NCBI GenBank assembly: GCA_016840035.1
Contig: JAEOTC010000177.1
Location: forward strand, 1-12,403
Length of the DNA stretch: 12,403 nt
Reading direction: 5' to 3'
Source of the DNA: Candidatus Hodarchaeota archaeon
GTDB lineage: Archaea; Asgardarchaeota; Heimdallarchaeia; Hodarchaeales; Hodarchaeaceae
The notes under the pieces were generated by a model. It had not been told where the DNA came from and ran no database searches. It saw nothing but the letters and a program-made list of their open reading frames with translations. A program made the position numbers and the translations under genes. Shown here in pieces: positions 12,396 through 12,403 of the stretch. The stretch's first letter is position 1, and every line of letters starts with the position of its first letter.

Positions 12396-12403
12396 TATCT
12401 TCA

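Noticed and set aside
1-12403. CRISPR arrays, IS elements or transposases, rRNA/tRNA genes, selenocysteine or pyrrolysine readthrough
   Set aside because: I saw no regularly spaced repeats, terminal inverted repeats or transposase motifs. Intergenic gaps are all under about 170 nt. The recognisable proteins appear complete at their stop codons.

Overview
AT-rich, gene-dense prokaryotic window with 11 credible CDSs and no tRNA, rRNA, CRISPR array or mobile element that I can see. It looks archaeal (TATA-like boxes about 25-30 nt before start codons, a pyrimidine tract after a stop, a SAMP/MoaD-type protein, a sequon-rich surface protein). An Asgard/Heimdallarchaeia-like origin is my guess from gene style only. 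Order: 5'-truncated HAD hydrolase; HD-domain metallohydrolase coupled to an isocitrate/homoisocitrate/isopropylmalate-family dehydrogenase; DUF899 thioredoxin-like protein; orphan membrane histidine kinase followed 4 nt later by a MoaD/SAMP ubiquitin-like protein; an 805-aa two-TM surface protein with an intact-MIDAS vWA domain; a convergent minus-strand pair (amidohydrolase and MinD/ParA-like protein); tungsten-type aldehyde:ferredoxin oxidoreductase; M42 aminopeptidase. The most interesting items are: (1) the vWA protein, built like an adhesion receptor anchored at both ends, with about 32 N-glycosylation sequons in the ectodomain, a possible beta-ribbon stalk and a helical-repeat cytoplasmic tail; (2) the neighbouring MinD/ParA-fold protein whose Walker A motif is destroyed (likely pseudo-ATPase); (3) a dehydrogenase that combines a homoisocitrate-DH-like substrate loop with an NADP-type cofactor fingerprint. 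All family calls come from reading motifs by eye; no database searches were run.
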